Positions 6,691 to 15,408 of a DNA stretch of 49,831 bases are shown piece by piece (position 1 is the stretch's first letter; each line of letters starts with the position of its first letter). A program made the translations under genes and the position numbers. The notes beneath the pieces were generated by a model. It had not been told where the DNA came from, ran no database searches, and saw nothing but the letters and a program-made list of their open reading frames with translations. This DNA is from Candidatus Acidiferrales bacterium (GTDB lineage: Bacteria; Verrucomicrobiota; Verrucomicrobiia; Limisphaerales; UBA11358). The DNA is taken from the NCBI GenBank assembly GCA_035482455.1, contig DATHQS010000221.1, positions 1 to 49,831 on the forward strand. Direction: 5' to 3'.

Positions 6691-9582
6691 CAAAGAAAAA
6701 ACCTTCCCGGCCAACACCAGCAATGGATTTTTGCTTTTTGCATTCTCATTTTCTACGCGGCCACGCCTTCCGTTTTGGCCGCGTCATTTTATCCGGAAAA
6801 ATTGGCCGATCCCAAAGCCGTCCGCCTGGTGCCGTCCGGCGGCGATGACACGGCGGCGCTGCAAGGTGCCGTGGACAAGGTCCAGGAAACGACGCGGCAG
6901 GGCATCGTCCTGCTTGCACCGGGCCGGTATCACCTTACCAACACGATTTATATCTGGCCGGGCATCCGGCTGATCGGCAATGGCGCGGAACGCCCGGTAT
7001 TCATTTTGCCCGCCAAGACACCGGGCTTCGGCGATGCCACGCGTGAGAAGGTCCTGTTTTTCTTTGCCGGCCGCCGTCCGTCCAATGCCGGGGACCGGGT
7101 GCCGGATGCGAGTCCCGGCACGTTCTATTCCGCGCTCGCGAACGTGGATGTGCACATTGAAAAGGGAAATCCCGGCGCGGTCGGCGTGCGCGCGCGTTAC
7201 GCCCAGCATTGTTTCCTCGCACACATGGATTTCCAGCTCGGCGACGCGCTGGCCGGCATCCACGAGGGCGGTAACGTGGTCGAGGACGCCCGTTTTTTCG
7301 GGGGCACCCATGCGGTCTGGACCTCAAAGCCCTCGCCGGGCTGGCAATTCACCTTTGTCGATTGCTCGTTTGAAGGCCAGCTTGGGTCGGCCATTTTTGA
7401 ACACGAAGCCGGGCTCACGCTCATCCGTCCGCTATTCCGCCATGTGCCGGCGGCGGTCGAGATTGAAACCAACTGGGTGGATGAACTGTGGGTCAAGGAT
7501 GCCCGGCTCGAAAACATCTCCGGCGCGGCCTTTGTGTTTGGCATGGAAAAAAGCCCGCGCCAGGAAATCAATCTGGAAGGGATCACCTGTCGCAACGTGC
7601 CGGTCTTTGCCGCGTTGCGCGACAGCGGCCGGCATTTCACCGCGCCGTCAGCAATCTATTCGGTAAAAACTTTTTCCCACGGACTGGGTTTTGCGGACCT
7701 CGGCGCCGAACCGAAAATCGAAACCCGTTTTGATGCCGCGCCGCTGGCCGAAATGCCGCCGCCGGTCGCTTCCGATCTGGCCCCGTTGCCAGCCGGTGAT
7801 ACGTGGGTCAATGTCCGCAACCTTGGTGCCAAGGGCGACGGCCAAACCGACGACACCGCCGCATTGCAAAAGGCGATCGCCAATCATCGCACGCTTTATT
7901 TTCCCTCCGGCTTTTACCTTGTGCATGACACGTTGGCATTGCGGTCCGATTCGGTTTTGATCGGCCTGCATCCGGGCGCCACGCAAATCATCGTGCCGGA
8001 CAACTCGCCTGCGTTTGTCGGCACCGGCGCGCCGGTGGCGTTGCTCGCCGCGCCCAAAGGCGGCAGCAACATCGTCGTCGGCATCGGGCTTTACACGGGC
8101 GGAAACAATCCGCGCGCCGTCGCGGCGTTGTGGCGGGCCGGGGCCAATTCGCTGATGAACGATGTCCGCTTTCTCGGCGGCCACGGCACGCCGTTGCCCG
8201 GCGGTTCGCGTGAAAACCCCTATAACCCGGATCACACCGCCGATCCCAATCCCAATCGCCACTGGGACAGCGAAAATCCAAGCCTCTGGGTCACGGATGG
8301 CGGCGGCGGCACGTTCCTCGATCTGTGGACGCCCTCGACCTTCGCCCGGGCGGGCATGCTCGTTTCTGACACGGAGACGCCCGGCCGCGCCTACCAGATT
8401 TCCAGCGAGCATCATGTGCACAACGAGATCGAGGTGCGCAACTCAGCGCACTGGAGCTTTTACGCCTTGCAGACCGAGGAAGAATGGGGCGAAGGCGGCT
8501 TGTGCCTGCCCATTGGAATCGATTCCTCCAGCGACATCACGTTTGCGAATTTTCACAGCTATCGCGTTATCCGTTCGTATCAGCCGTTTCCCTGGGCGGT
8601 GAAGATTTCCAACTCGCGCGACATCCGTTTCCGGAATTTTCATGCCGACAGCAACAGCAAGGTCAGTTTTGATGCCTCCATCTATGACCAGGATCACGAA
8701 TCCGTGTTGCGCGATCATGAATTTGCCTCTTGGGACATTTCGGGCGAACCACCTCCCGCCAAACCGCCGACGGCTTCACCCGTTGTCGCCGAAGGCGCGA
8801 AATTAGATAAACTGGCGGATGGTTTTTTTAACATTTCCGGCGGTGCGGTGGATCCGCAGGGCAATTTTTATTTTGTGGATGCGCATTCGCGGCGGATTTA
8901 TCGCTGGGATTCTGTCATGCATCAGCTATCCACCAACGCTGTTTCCTTCCCGCCGGTCAGCGCCATGGTGGATCAGGCGGGCAATCTGATGGTCGTTTCC
9001 GATGCCGGCGAAGGCGCCGTTTATTCCATCGCCCTCGACGGCAAAGCCACGCAGCTGAAATCCCAGCCGCTTGCCGGTACAACCGGGAAGAATTTGTATC
9101 TGCCCGTCAGCGACTGGCATTTGAACCGCGATTCACTGTCACAGCCGACGGCCGAATTTGTTTCACCGGACGGCACGGCCGTCCTGCCGGTCGGCGAAAG
9201 TTTTCTTACCGGTGAAACCAGTTGGGGTGTCAAATCCAGCCCGCAGAACCGCTCGTTCGGTTTCGCCAAAGCCGTGCCCGGCCAACCCTTTTATATCACC
9301 GACGAATCCAACTTGCGAACATGGCAGGCCGGCGTGAATGCGGATGGCAGTTTGACGAATTTTCAGTTGTTCGCCGAACAAGGCGGCGAAAGCGTGACCG
9401 CGAATTCGCATGGCAACGTCTATATCGCCGCCGGGCAGATTTACGTTTACGACCCCGCGGGCAAACTGATCGACACCATCGAAGTCCCCGGACGCCCGAC
9501 GCAGTTGCTGTTCGGCGGCCCGGACGGCAAAACGCTTTTCATCGCCGCCCGGACAGCGCTGTACGCGGTGCGCATGAAATAA
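6688..9582 (+). CDS. Secreted GH55-like beta-helix glycosidase (two pectate-lyase-3-type modules) fused to an SMP-30/gluconolactonase-like beta-propeller
   Basis: Signal peptide MQRKNLPGQHQQWIFAFCILIFYAATPSVLAAS. GGDDTAALQGAVDKV...LLAPGRYHL and VRNLGAKGDGQTDDTAALQKAIANHRTLYFPSGFY are PF12708-type motifs. C-terminus GNFYFVDAHSRRIYRWD...GNVYIAAGQIYVYDPAGKLI...LLFGGPDGKTLFIAARTALYAV is SMP-30/LRE-like. Confidence 0.65.
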   Translation: MQRKNLPGQHQQWIFAFCILIFYAATPSVLAASFYPEKLADPKAVRLVPSGGDDTAALQGAVDKVQETTRQGIVLLAPGRYHLTNTIYIWPGIRLIGNGAERPVFILPAKTPGFGDATREKVLFFFAGRRPSNAGDRVPDASPGTFYSALANVDVHIEKGNPGAVGVRARYAQHCFLAHMDFQLGDALAGIHEGGNVVEDARFFGGTHAVWTSKPSPGWQFTFVDCSFEGQLGSAIFEHEAGLTLIRPLFRHVPAAVEIETNWVDELWVKDARLENISGAAFVFGMEKSPRQEINLEGITCRNVPVFAALRDSGRHFTAPSAIYSVKTFSHGLGFADLGAEPKIETRFDAAPLAEMPPPVASDLAPLPAGDTWVNVRNLGAKGDGQTDDTAALQKAIANHRTLYFPSGFYLVHDTLALRSDSVLIGLHPGATQIIVPDNSPAFVGTGAPVALLAAPKGGSNIVVGIGLYTGGNNPRAVAALWRAGANSLMNDVRFLGGHGTPLPGGSRENPYNPDHTADPNPNRHWDSENPSLWVTDGGGGTFLDLWTPSTFARAGMLVSDTETPGRAYQISSEHHVHNEIEVRNSAHWSFYALQTEEEWGEGGLCLPIGIDSSSDITFANFHSYRVIRSYQPFPWAVKISNSRDIRFRNFHADSNSKVSFDASIYDQDHESVLRDHEFASWDISGEPPPAKPPTASPVVAEGAKLDKLADGFFNISGGAVDPQGNFYFVDAHSRRIYRWDSVMHQLSTNAVSFPPVSAMVDQAGNLMVVSDAGEGAVYSIALDGKATQLKSQPLAGTTGKNLYLPVSDWHLNRDSLSQPTAEFVSPDGTAVLPVGESFLTGETSWGVKSSPQNRSFGFAKAVPGQPFYITDESNLRTWQAGVNADGSLTNFQLFAEQGGESVTANSHGNVYIAAGQIYVYDPAGKLIDTIEVPGRPTQLLFGGPDGKTLFIAARTALYAVRMK

Positions 9583-9664
9583 TTGATGTCAGCCGGTTAT
9601 TCCATGCAAAATTCGGCTCGCCCTGCCTTCGCCCCTCGGTTTTAATCTGCGCGCCGCGCCATCC

Positions 9665-10906
9665 ATGAAACCCAACGAATCCGTCCTGCGCCAGGTCCTG
9701 CAGCCCGCCGTCATCGTCGGCGCGCTCGGCTATTTCGTGGATGTCTATGACCTGATCCTGTTCGCCATCCTGCGCATCCCCAGCCTGAAAGACATGGGTT
9801 TCTCCGGCGACCTGCTGGTGAGCCACGGCATCCTGCTGTTGAACCTGCAGATGATCGGGATGTTGGTGGGCGGAATCTTTTTCGGCATCCTCGGCGACCG
9901 CGTGGGCCGAGTGGCGTTGCTCTTCGGTTCGATCTTCCTGTATTCCGTAGCCAATATCGCCAATGGTTTTGTACATGATTCCATCACCGCCTATGCCGTG
10001 TGGCGTTTCATCGCCGGTTTCGGGCTGGCCGGTGAACTGGGCGGCGGCATCACGCTGGTCACCGAGGTGCTGCCCAAGCACCTGCGCGGGTATGGCACGA
10101 CCATCGTTTCGACCGTCGGTGTTTTTGGCGCGGTGATCGGCGGGCTGGTGGCCCAGCGCGTGAACTGGCATACGGCCTATTTTATCGGGGGCGGACTGGG
10201 CCTGGTGCTGCTCGTCCTGCGCATGAGCGTGGCGGAATCGGGGATGTTCAAACAACTGCGCGTGGCACCCGGCGGGGCTTCGCGCGGAGATTTTTTCAGC
10301 CTGTTCACCAGCCGCGTCCGCTTCATGAAGTATCTCCGCTGCATCCTCATCGGCCTGCCGCTGTGGTGCATCGTGGGCATACTCGTGTCCTTTTCGCCGG
10401 AGATTTCCGGGGCGCTGAAAATACAGGGCGAGGTGAAGGTCGCGCAGGGAATCGCCTTCTGCTATACGGGCATCACCTTTGGCGGGTTTGCCAGCGGTTA
10501 CTTCAGCCAGCTGCTGCGTTCGCGGCGGAAAATCCTGTTTGCGTTTCTCCTGTTCACCGCGGGGGCGATGACGGCCTATTTCTTCACCGCCGGCCAGTCG
10601 AACGGAACTTTTTACCTCACCATCCTGGCGCTCGGATTCGGTGTCGGTTACTGGACGGTTTTTGCCACGATCGCCGCCGAGCAGTTCGGCACCAATATCC
10701 GCGCCACGGTGGCCACCACGGTGCCCAATTTCGTGCGCGGCGCGACCGTGCCGCTCACGCTCGCATTCAACCATCTCAAGCCGGTTTGCGGCATCGTCGC
10801 CTCGGCGGCGGTGATCTCCTTCGCCTGTGTTTTGATCGCGCTTTGGGCCTTGCGCGGCATGGAAGAGACGCACGACAAGGACCTGGATTATCTGGAACCG
10901 GTCTGA
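9665..10906 (+). CDS. MFS transporter
   Basis: 413 aa, about 12 hydrophobic segments, MFS loop motif GILGDRVGRVALL. Confidence 0.85.
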   Translation: MKPNESVLRQVLQPAVIVGALGYFVDVYDLILFAILRIPSLKDMGFSGDLLVSHGILLLNLQMIGMLVGGIFFGILGDRVGRVALLFGSIFLYSVANIANGFVHDSITAYAVWRFIAGFGLAGELGGGITLVTEVLPKHLRGYGTTIVSTVGVFGAVIGGLVAQRVNWHTAYFIGGGLGLVLLVLRMSVAESGMFKQLRVAPGGASRGDFFSLFTSRVRFMKYLRCILIGLPLWCIVGILVSFSPEISGALKIQGEVKVAQGIAFCYTGITFGGFASGYFSQLLRSRRKILFAFLLFTAGAMTAYFFTAGQSNGTFYLTILALGFGVGYWTVFATIAAEQFGTNIRATVATTVPNFVRGATVPLTLAFNHLKPVCGIVASAAVISFACVLIALWALRGMEETHDKDLDYLEPV

Positions 10907-10919
10907 CCGGGCGTTCGCG

Positions 10920-11609
10920 TCAGTTTGTTGGGGCGTCCAGGGATTTGGCGGGCGGCGCGGCTTCCACCCGTTGGATGAGCAGGGCCAGCTCACGATATTT
11001 CGCCGCCAGCACGTCAAAGGCCGGCCCCTCGGCGATGGCCACCCACGCAATGGAACCCTTTTCATCGCCCAAAAAGACCGACTCGGCCCGGACATCCTTG
11101 CCGTCCTTGTTCGTGGTGAACATTCGCCGCTCGCCCTTGAGCGGCCCGACCTCCACCGGCACAGGTTCACCGCCCCGCCCTTCGACCTGGGCAAAAATTT
11201 TTTCAATGAAATTATCTATCTTCGGCTTCAGTTCAGCGGGCGGAAAAGTTGAGGCGATGAGCAGGGCATCCTTCGGCGCGCCGGGGAAATCAAACTTGGG
11301 TTTCAGGATCAACGCCTCCAGGTCATGAAAATGGGTGTAGGCCACATCGCAGGGCACCGGAAACGTGAAGGCAAAACCGCGGCCGGTGAACGGCTCGGCC
11401 GCGGCCAGCGAGCACAGCATTTCCTGCGGGATGAATTGCGCCAGGGCCTTTTTCACCTTTTTGAAAAAGCGCATGATTTTCCAGAGGACGATCGCCAACA
11501 CGATGCCCATGACGGCGATCAGCGGAATGCTCAACCAATGCGGCAACAGCCAGAACGCCAGCGCCGACAGGCCAATGTACGCGAGGATAACAAAGTAGAG
11601 CAGGCACAT
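10920..11609 (-). CDS. Hypothetical membrane-anchored protein
   Basis: From ATG 11609: MCLLYFVILAYIGLSALAFWLLPHWLSIPLIAVMGIVLAIVLWKI (2 TM) plus a soluble domain. The 310-aa track ORF would overlap nadD and begins with an Arg/Pro-rich non-protein-like stretch. Confidence 0.5.
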   Translation of the reverse strand: MCLLYFVILAYIGLSALAFWLLPHWLSIPLIAVMGIVLAIVLWKIMRFFKKVKKALAQFIPQEMLCSLAAAEPFTGRGFAFTFPVPCDVAYTHFHDLEALILKPKFDFPGAPKDALLIASTFPPAELKPKIDNFIEKIFAQVEGRGGEPVPVEVGPLKGERRMFTTNKDGKDVRAESVFLGDEKGSIAWVAIAEGPAFDVLAAKYRELALLIQRVEAAPPAKSLDAPTN

Positions 11610-11725
11610 AAGAGGTATGTGGTTTTGGGGTTGGCCGAAAAAATAGAGTAAAACGGGCCGTTGTCTAGGGCGATTCTCGCGACAAATGAATCGCAAAACC
11701 CTGCGGGCAATCTTAAATTGAATCC

Positions 11726-12301
11726 ATGCAACGGCTTGGCATCTATGGCGGTTCGTTCGACCCGGTCCACACCGGCCACCTGCTCGTCGCGCAGGCGGCG
11801 GTGGAGGAACTCGGCCTCGACCGGATTTTCTTCGTGCCCGTGGCGCAATCACCGTTCAAGCCGGGCAGCAAGCCCGCGCCGGACGCCATCCGGTTGCAAC
11901 TGCTGCGCCTCGCGCTGGCCGGCAAAACGAATTGCGAAATCGACGACCAGGAAATCCGGCGCGGCGGCACTTCCTACACCATCGACACCTTGCGCGATTA
12001 CGCCCAAAGATTTTCTGGGGCGGAACTGTTCTACCTCATCGGCGCGGACAACGCCGCCAAGCTTAACGAGTGGCGTGAGGCGCACGAACTCGCGCGGCTG
12101 GCCCAGTTCGTGGTGGTGCCACGTCCGGGCGGCGTGACCGCCCAATTCCCCGCGCCGTTTCGCGGGCGGACACTGAAAGGGTTTCCGTTCGGCGTTTCCT
12201 CCTCGCAGATCCGTGCCCGGGTGCAGAAGGGTTTGCCGATTGATCATCTGGTCCCCGCGGCCGTCGCCGGGGCGATCCGCGCGGCCGGGCTTTATGCCTG
12301 A
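11726..12301 (+). CDS. nadD: Nicotinate-nucleotide adenylyltransferase
   Basis: GIYGGSFDPVHTGHL (HxGH nucleotidyltransferase motif), ISSSQIR-like SSSQIRARV, followed by rsfS as in the conserved nadD-rsfS pair. Confidence 0.9.
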   Translation: MQRLGIYGGSFDPVHTGHLLVAQAAVEELGLDRIFFVPVAQSPFKPGSKPAPDAIRLQLLRLALAGKTNCEIDDQEIRRGGTSYTIDTLRDYAQRFSGAELFYLIGADNAAKLNEWREAHELARLAQFVVVPRPGGVTAQFPAPFRGRTLKGFPFGVSSSQIRARVQKGLPIDHLVPAAVAGAIRAAGLYA

Positions 12302-12367
12302 ATTTCAACGGTCAAAACTTCGGCATGGCAAGCGGCCCCGTTCTGTGCTTAAATTACCCCGGTAAAT

Positions 12368-12742
12368 ATGGATTCAAAAAAACTGGCGCTGCTGTGCCGC
12401 GAACTGGCGGATAATAAAAAGGCGGAAGATGTCGTCGTGCTCGATGTGCGCAAGCTGTCGTCGGTGACGGATTTTTTTGTCATCGCCTCCGGGACCAGCA
12501 CGCCGCACCTGCGCGCCATTGTGGAGGAGATCCACAGCAAGCTGCGGGATGACCATGACCTGCGGCCGTCGCGCAGTGATGGCGGCGGCTCCACCTGGGT
12601 GGTGCTGGATTATTTCGACGTGATCGTCCACGTCATGCACACCGAGACGCGCGCGCGTTACGATCTGGAAGGGCTGTGGGGCGACGCCAAGCCAGTCACT
12701 CCGCCCAAGCCGCGGAAAAAGAAAGCCACGGCGGGAAAATAA
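12368..12742 (+). CDS. rsfS: Ribosome silencing factor RsfS (iojap/YbeB)
   Basis: DVVVLDVRKLSSVTDFFVIASGTSTPHLRAI...WVVLDYFDVIVHVMHTETRARYDLEGLW. Confidence 0.9.
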   Translation: MDSKKLALLCRELADNKKAEDVVVLDVRKLSSVTDFFVIASGTSTPHLRAIVEEIHSKLRDDHDLRPSRSDGGGSTWVVLDYFDVIVHVMHTETRARYDLEGLWGDAKPVTPPKPRKKKATAGK

Positions 12743-12770
12743 GTCCCACCGGGGTTCAGGCCTAAAAATT

Positions 12771-13148
12771 TCAGGCCATGGGGTCCGGCGGCGGCGGCTG
12801 CTTTTCCGGAATGCTCTCGGAGGCCTTCACCATTTCATCGATCACCTTTTTGAACTCGGCCAGGCCGGTCGAGGGAATGATGATGGTGTCGCGGCGCCCG
12901 CCGACATCCTCGGTGATGCGCAGAAAGCGGCCGCGCGGATTTTCCTTCAGCGAGAACACAAAATTTTTGCGCTCCACCTGCAGATCCGTGCTCTTCAGCG
13001 TGTCTTCCTGGACCGGTGGCCGGGGTTGCTGGTGGTATTTTGACGCACCGTAACCCTGCCCTCCCTGATAGCCACCTTGGTAGCCACCTTGATTGCCGCC
13101 CTGGTATGGTCTCCTGCCGTAAGGCGATGGACGTTCGTTCGATATCAT
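12771..13148 (-). CDS. Pur-alpha-like nucleic-acid-binding protein (DUF3276 type) with an N-terminal G/Q/Y-rich low-complexity region
   Basis: LQVERKNFVFSLKENPRGRFLRITEDVGGRRDTIIIPSTGLAEFKKVIDEMV matches the bacterial PUR repeat. N-terminus is SPYGRRPYQGGNQGGYQGGYQGGQGYG. Confidence 0.7.
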   Translation of the reverse strand: MISNERPSPYGRRPYQGGNQGGYQGGYQGGQGYGASKYHQQPRPPVQEDTLKSTDLQVERKNFVFSLKENPRGRFLRITEDVGGRRDTIIIPSTGLAEFKKVIDEMVKASESIPEKQPPPPDPMA

Positions 13149-13283
13149 AACATGACCCGTTTGTTCCTATGTTTACTGCAACTTAACTACTCGCCTTAAA
13201 TTTCGTTCACTTAAGCGATTTGTCAAATTACGGCATCTTTGTCAAACGGGCCATGGCATGTTTGTGCGGGCTGCGGACGGCTT

Positions 13284-14606
13284 TTACAGGATGTTCGCCG
13301 CGAGCTCGGCCAGTTCCGAGCGCTCGCCTTTTTGCAATTCTATATGCGCCGCAATGGGTTGGTCACGGAACCGGCTGATGATGTAGTTGAACCCGTTGGA
13401 AGAGGAATCCACATACGGGTTGTCGATCTGGTACGGGTCGCCGGTGAAAATAATTTTTGTGCCGTGGCCGACGCGCGTGATGATCGTCTTGGCCTCGAGC
13501 GGGGTCAGGTTCTGCGCCTCGTCGATGATCATGAACTGGTTCGCGATGCTCCGGCCGCGGATGTAGCTCAGCGCCTCCACGACGATCGCGCCGCTGCGCA
13601 TGAGGTCGCCGCTGCGGCGATGGTCCTGGCCCATGTTCAGGTCGCTCAACATCTCCAGCGCGTCATGGATGGGTTGCATCCACGGGGCCAGCTTCTCATC
13701 CAGTGAACCGGGCAGAAAACCCAGTTCCTTGCCCATCGAGATCGTCGGGCGCGCCACGACCAGCCGGCGGAATTCGCGGTCCAGCACCGTGCGTTTCAAA
13801 CCCGCCGCCATGGCCAGCAGCGTCTTGCCCGTGCCGGCCTTGCCCATCAGCGTGACCAGCTTGATGCGGTCGTCCAGCAGCGCATCGAACGCATAGTGCT
13901 GCTCGCGGTTGCGCGGCTTGATGCCCCAGATGCTCTCGCGCGAATCCATGATGGGGATCAGCTTCTTCCCCGTGGCGTCCACCTTCGTCAACGCCGCTTT
14001 CTTCGGATTCGCCTCGTCCATCAACGTGCAATATTCGTTCGGGAAATATTGCTTGCCGCCGTTCAGCTCGAGCTCCCCGTCGGCGCGGAATTTCGCCAGC
14101 TTTTCCGGGCTCGCGGCGATGTCGATCATGCCCGTGTACAGGTCCGTGATGAACACCCGGTCCGTCTCGTAATCTTCCGCCGCCAGGCCCAGCGCGTCCG
14201 CCTTGATGCGCAGGTTGATGTCCTTCGAGACCACGATCGCTTTGCTCTTCGGCTGCGCCTTCTGCACACTCGCGGCAAATGCCAGGATGCGGTTATCCAC
14301 CGAGTCGTTTGAAAACATCGTCTGGCCTTCGCCGCTCTTCAAGAAACCGATCTTGAGCTTGCCGCCGTTGGGCAGATTCACGCCCTCGCTCAGGCTGCCG
14401 TCACCGCGGAAACCGTCGAGCATCCGCGATACCGTGCGCGCATTGCGGCCCAGCTCGGTGGATTCGCGTTTGAAACGGTCGATCTCTTCGATGACCTCGA
14501 TGGGGACATACACATGGTTGTCCGCAAAATTGAGGAGCGAATTGGGATCGTGGAGGAGTACGTTGGTGTCGAGTATGTAGTTTTTCACGTTAAAAATCGG
14601 GGGCAA
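13284..14606 (-). CDS. PhoH2: PIN-domain RNase fused to a PhoH-like ATPase
   Basis: N-terminus YILDTNVLLHDP (PIN). C-terminus GKAGTGKTLLAMAAG (Walker A), FMIIDEAQN (Walker B), TKIIFTGDPYQID. Start uncertain: TTG 14606 in the track, GTG 14588 also possible. Confidence 0.85.
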   Translation of the reverse strand: MPPIFNVKNYILDTNVLLHDPNSLLNFADNHVYVPIEVIEEIDRFKRESTELGRNARTVSRMLDGFRGDGSLSEGVNLPNGGKLKIGFLKSGEGQTMFSNDSVDNRILAFAASVQKAQPKSKAIVVSKDINLRIKADALGLAAEDYETDRVFITDLYTGMIDIAASPEKLAKFRADGELELNGGKQYFPNEYCTLMDEANPKKAALTKVDATGKKLIPIMDSRESIWGIKPRNREQHYAFDALLDDRIKLVTLMGKAGTGKTLLAMAAGLKRTVLDREFRRLVVARPTISMGKELGFLPGSLDEKLAPWMQPIHDALEMLSDLNMGQDHRRSGDLMRSGAIVVEALSYIRGRSIANQFMIIDEAQNLTPLEAKTIITRVGHGTKIIFTGDPYQIDNPYVDSSSNGFNYIISRFRDQPIAAHIELQKGERSELAELAANIL

Positions 14607-14824
14607 ATTTGGGTGCAGGGGAGGCTGGCCGCGGGAGCGGCGGCGACTTCACTTGGCAGTTGTGAAACATCAAAGATATTACCGGCAACTTTCGAAATGG
14701 TTTTCCCATCAGCCGCCGGTGTCAATGAAATTTGTCGCCCATGCGAAAATGTTTCACAAATGAAACCTTCGCCGGCGGAGAAAACGGTGGCCATGTCTTT
14801 TGGACATGTATCGGCAGGATTGGT

Positions 14825-15334
14825 TCAACAGTTAACCGGGCTCATTCCAGCCTGCTTTTCGACCCCGTTCCCTCGCCGAAAAACAAACCGGATCACCCCC
14901 ACCCCTGCCCCCGCGATGCTGGTCCAAAACAGCGCATTCAAGATGGTGATGTCGCCCCGGTAATCCCACGCCTCATCATCCTGCCAGTCGCCGCCGTAAA
15001 TGTTCGCCATGCCGTCACCCGGCGCACCCGGAAAGGCCAGGACATCCACCCAGCTCTGATCCACGCGTTGTTCAAAATCATAACGCTCAGTCCACGCCGC
15101 CAGATACCCTGTGCCCGCGCCAAAAATCAACCCCGCCAACGGCAACAAACACGCAATCATTGAAAACCGCACCTGCTTCAAAATGCCAAAACGATGAATC
15201 TGGAATCGCTTAATCAAGAAACTCGCCACCAAAATAACCAACAGGCTGGGAATGCCGAAAATCAGCCAACACACGGCGAACCCGCCCAGCACATCCGGCA
15301 GGTTTCGCAGTTCCATGTATTGAAACGGGAGCAT
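14825..15334 (-). CDS. Hypothetical membrane protein
   Basis: 169 aa with 3-4 hydrophobic helices (GGFAVCWLIFGIPSLLVILVASFLI, MIACLLPLAGLIFGAGTGYLAAW). No family recognised. Confidence 0.5.
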   Translation of the reverse strand: MLPFQYMELRNLPDVLGGFAVCWLIFGIPSLLVILVASFLIKRFQIHRFGILKQVRFSMIACLLPLAGLIFGAGTGYLAAWTERYDFEQRVDQSWVDVLAFPGAPGDGMANIYGGDWQDDEAWDYRGDITILNALFWTSIAGAGVGVIRFVFRRGNGVEKQAGMSPVNC

Positions 15335-15408
15335 GTTTCTACAAACTGAAGTTTATCAAAGCGGACGGACGAGTCTCCTTCAAGGAATATTCCGAACTGT
15401 TCGCACCA

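Noticed and set aside
9539-11206. 555-aa ORF antisense to the MFS transporter gene
   Set aside because: Shadow ORF on the opposite strand of a well-supported gene. It is extremely R/G/D/H/Q-rich with no motifs. The same reasoning applies to 15997..17298(+), 18730..19941(+), 21241..21972(+), 22147..23148(+), 35845..36864(-), 36947..37918(-), 38933..40138(-), 40659..41633(+) and 43306..44529(+).
14671-14766. TGTGAAACAT / ATGTTTCACA inverted pair and GTTTCA-N4-TGAAAC upstream of PhoH2 as a CRP/FNR-type site
   Set aside because: The spacing (about 68 bp between the 10-mers) does not fit a single dimer site, and the N4 palindrome does not match TGTGA-N6-TCACA. Kept only as a note; no functional call.
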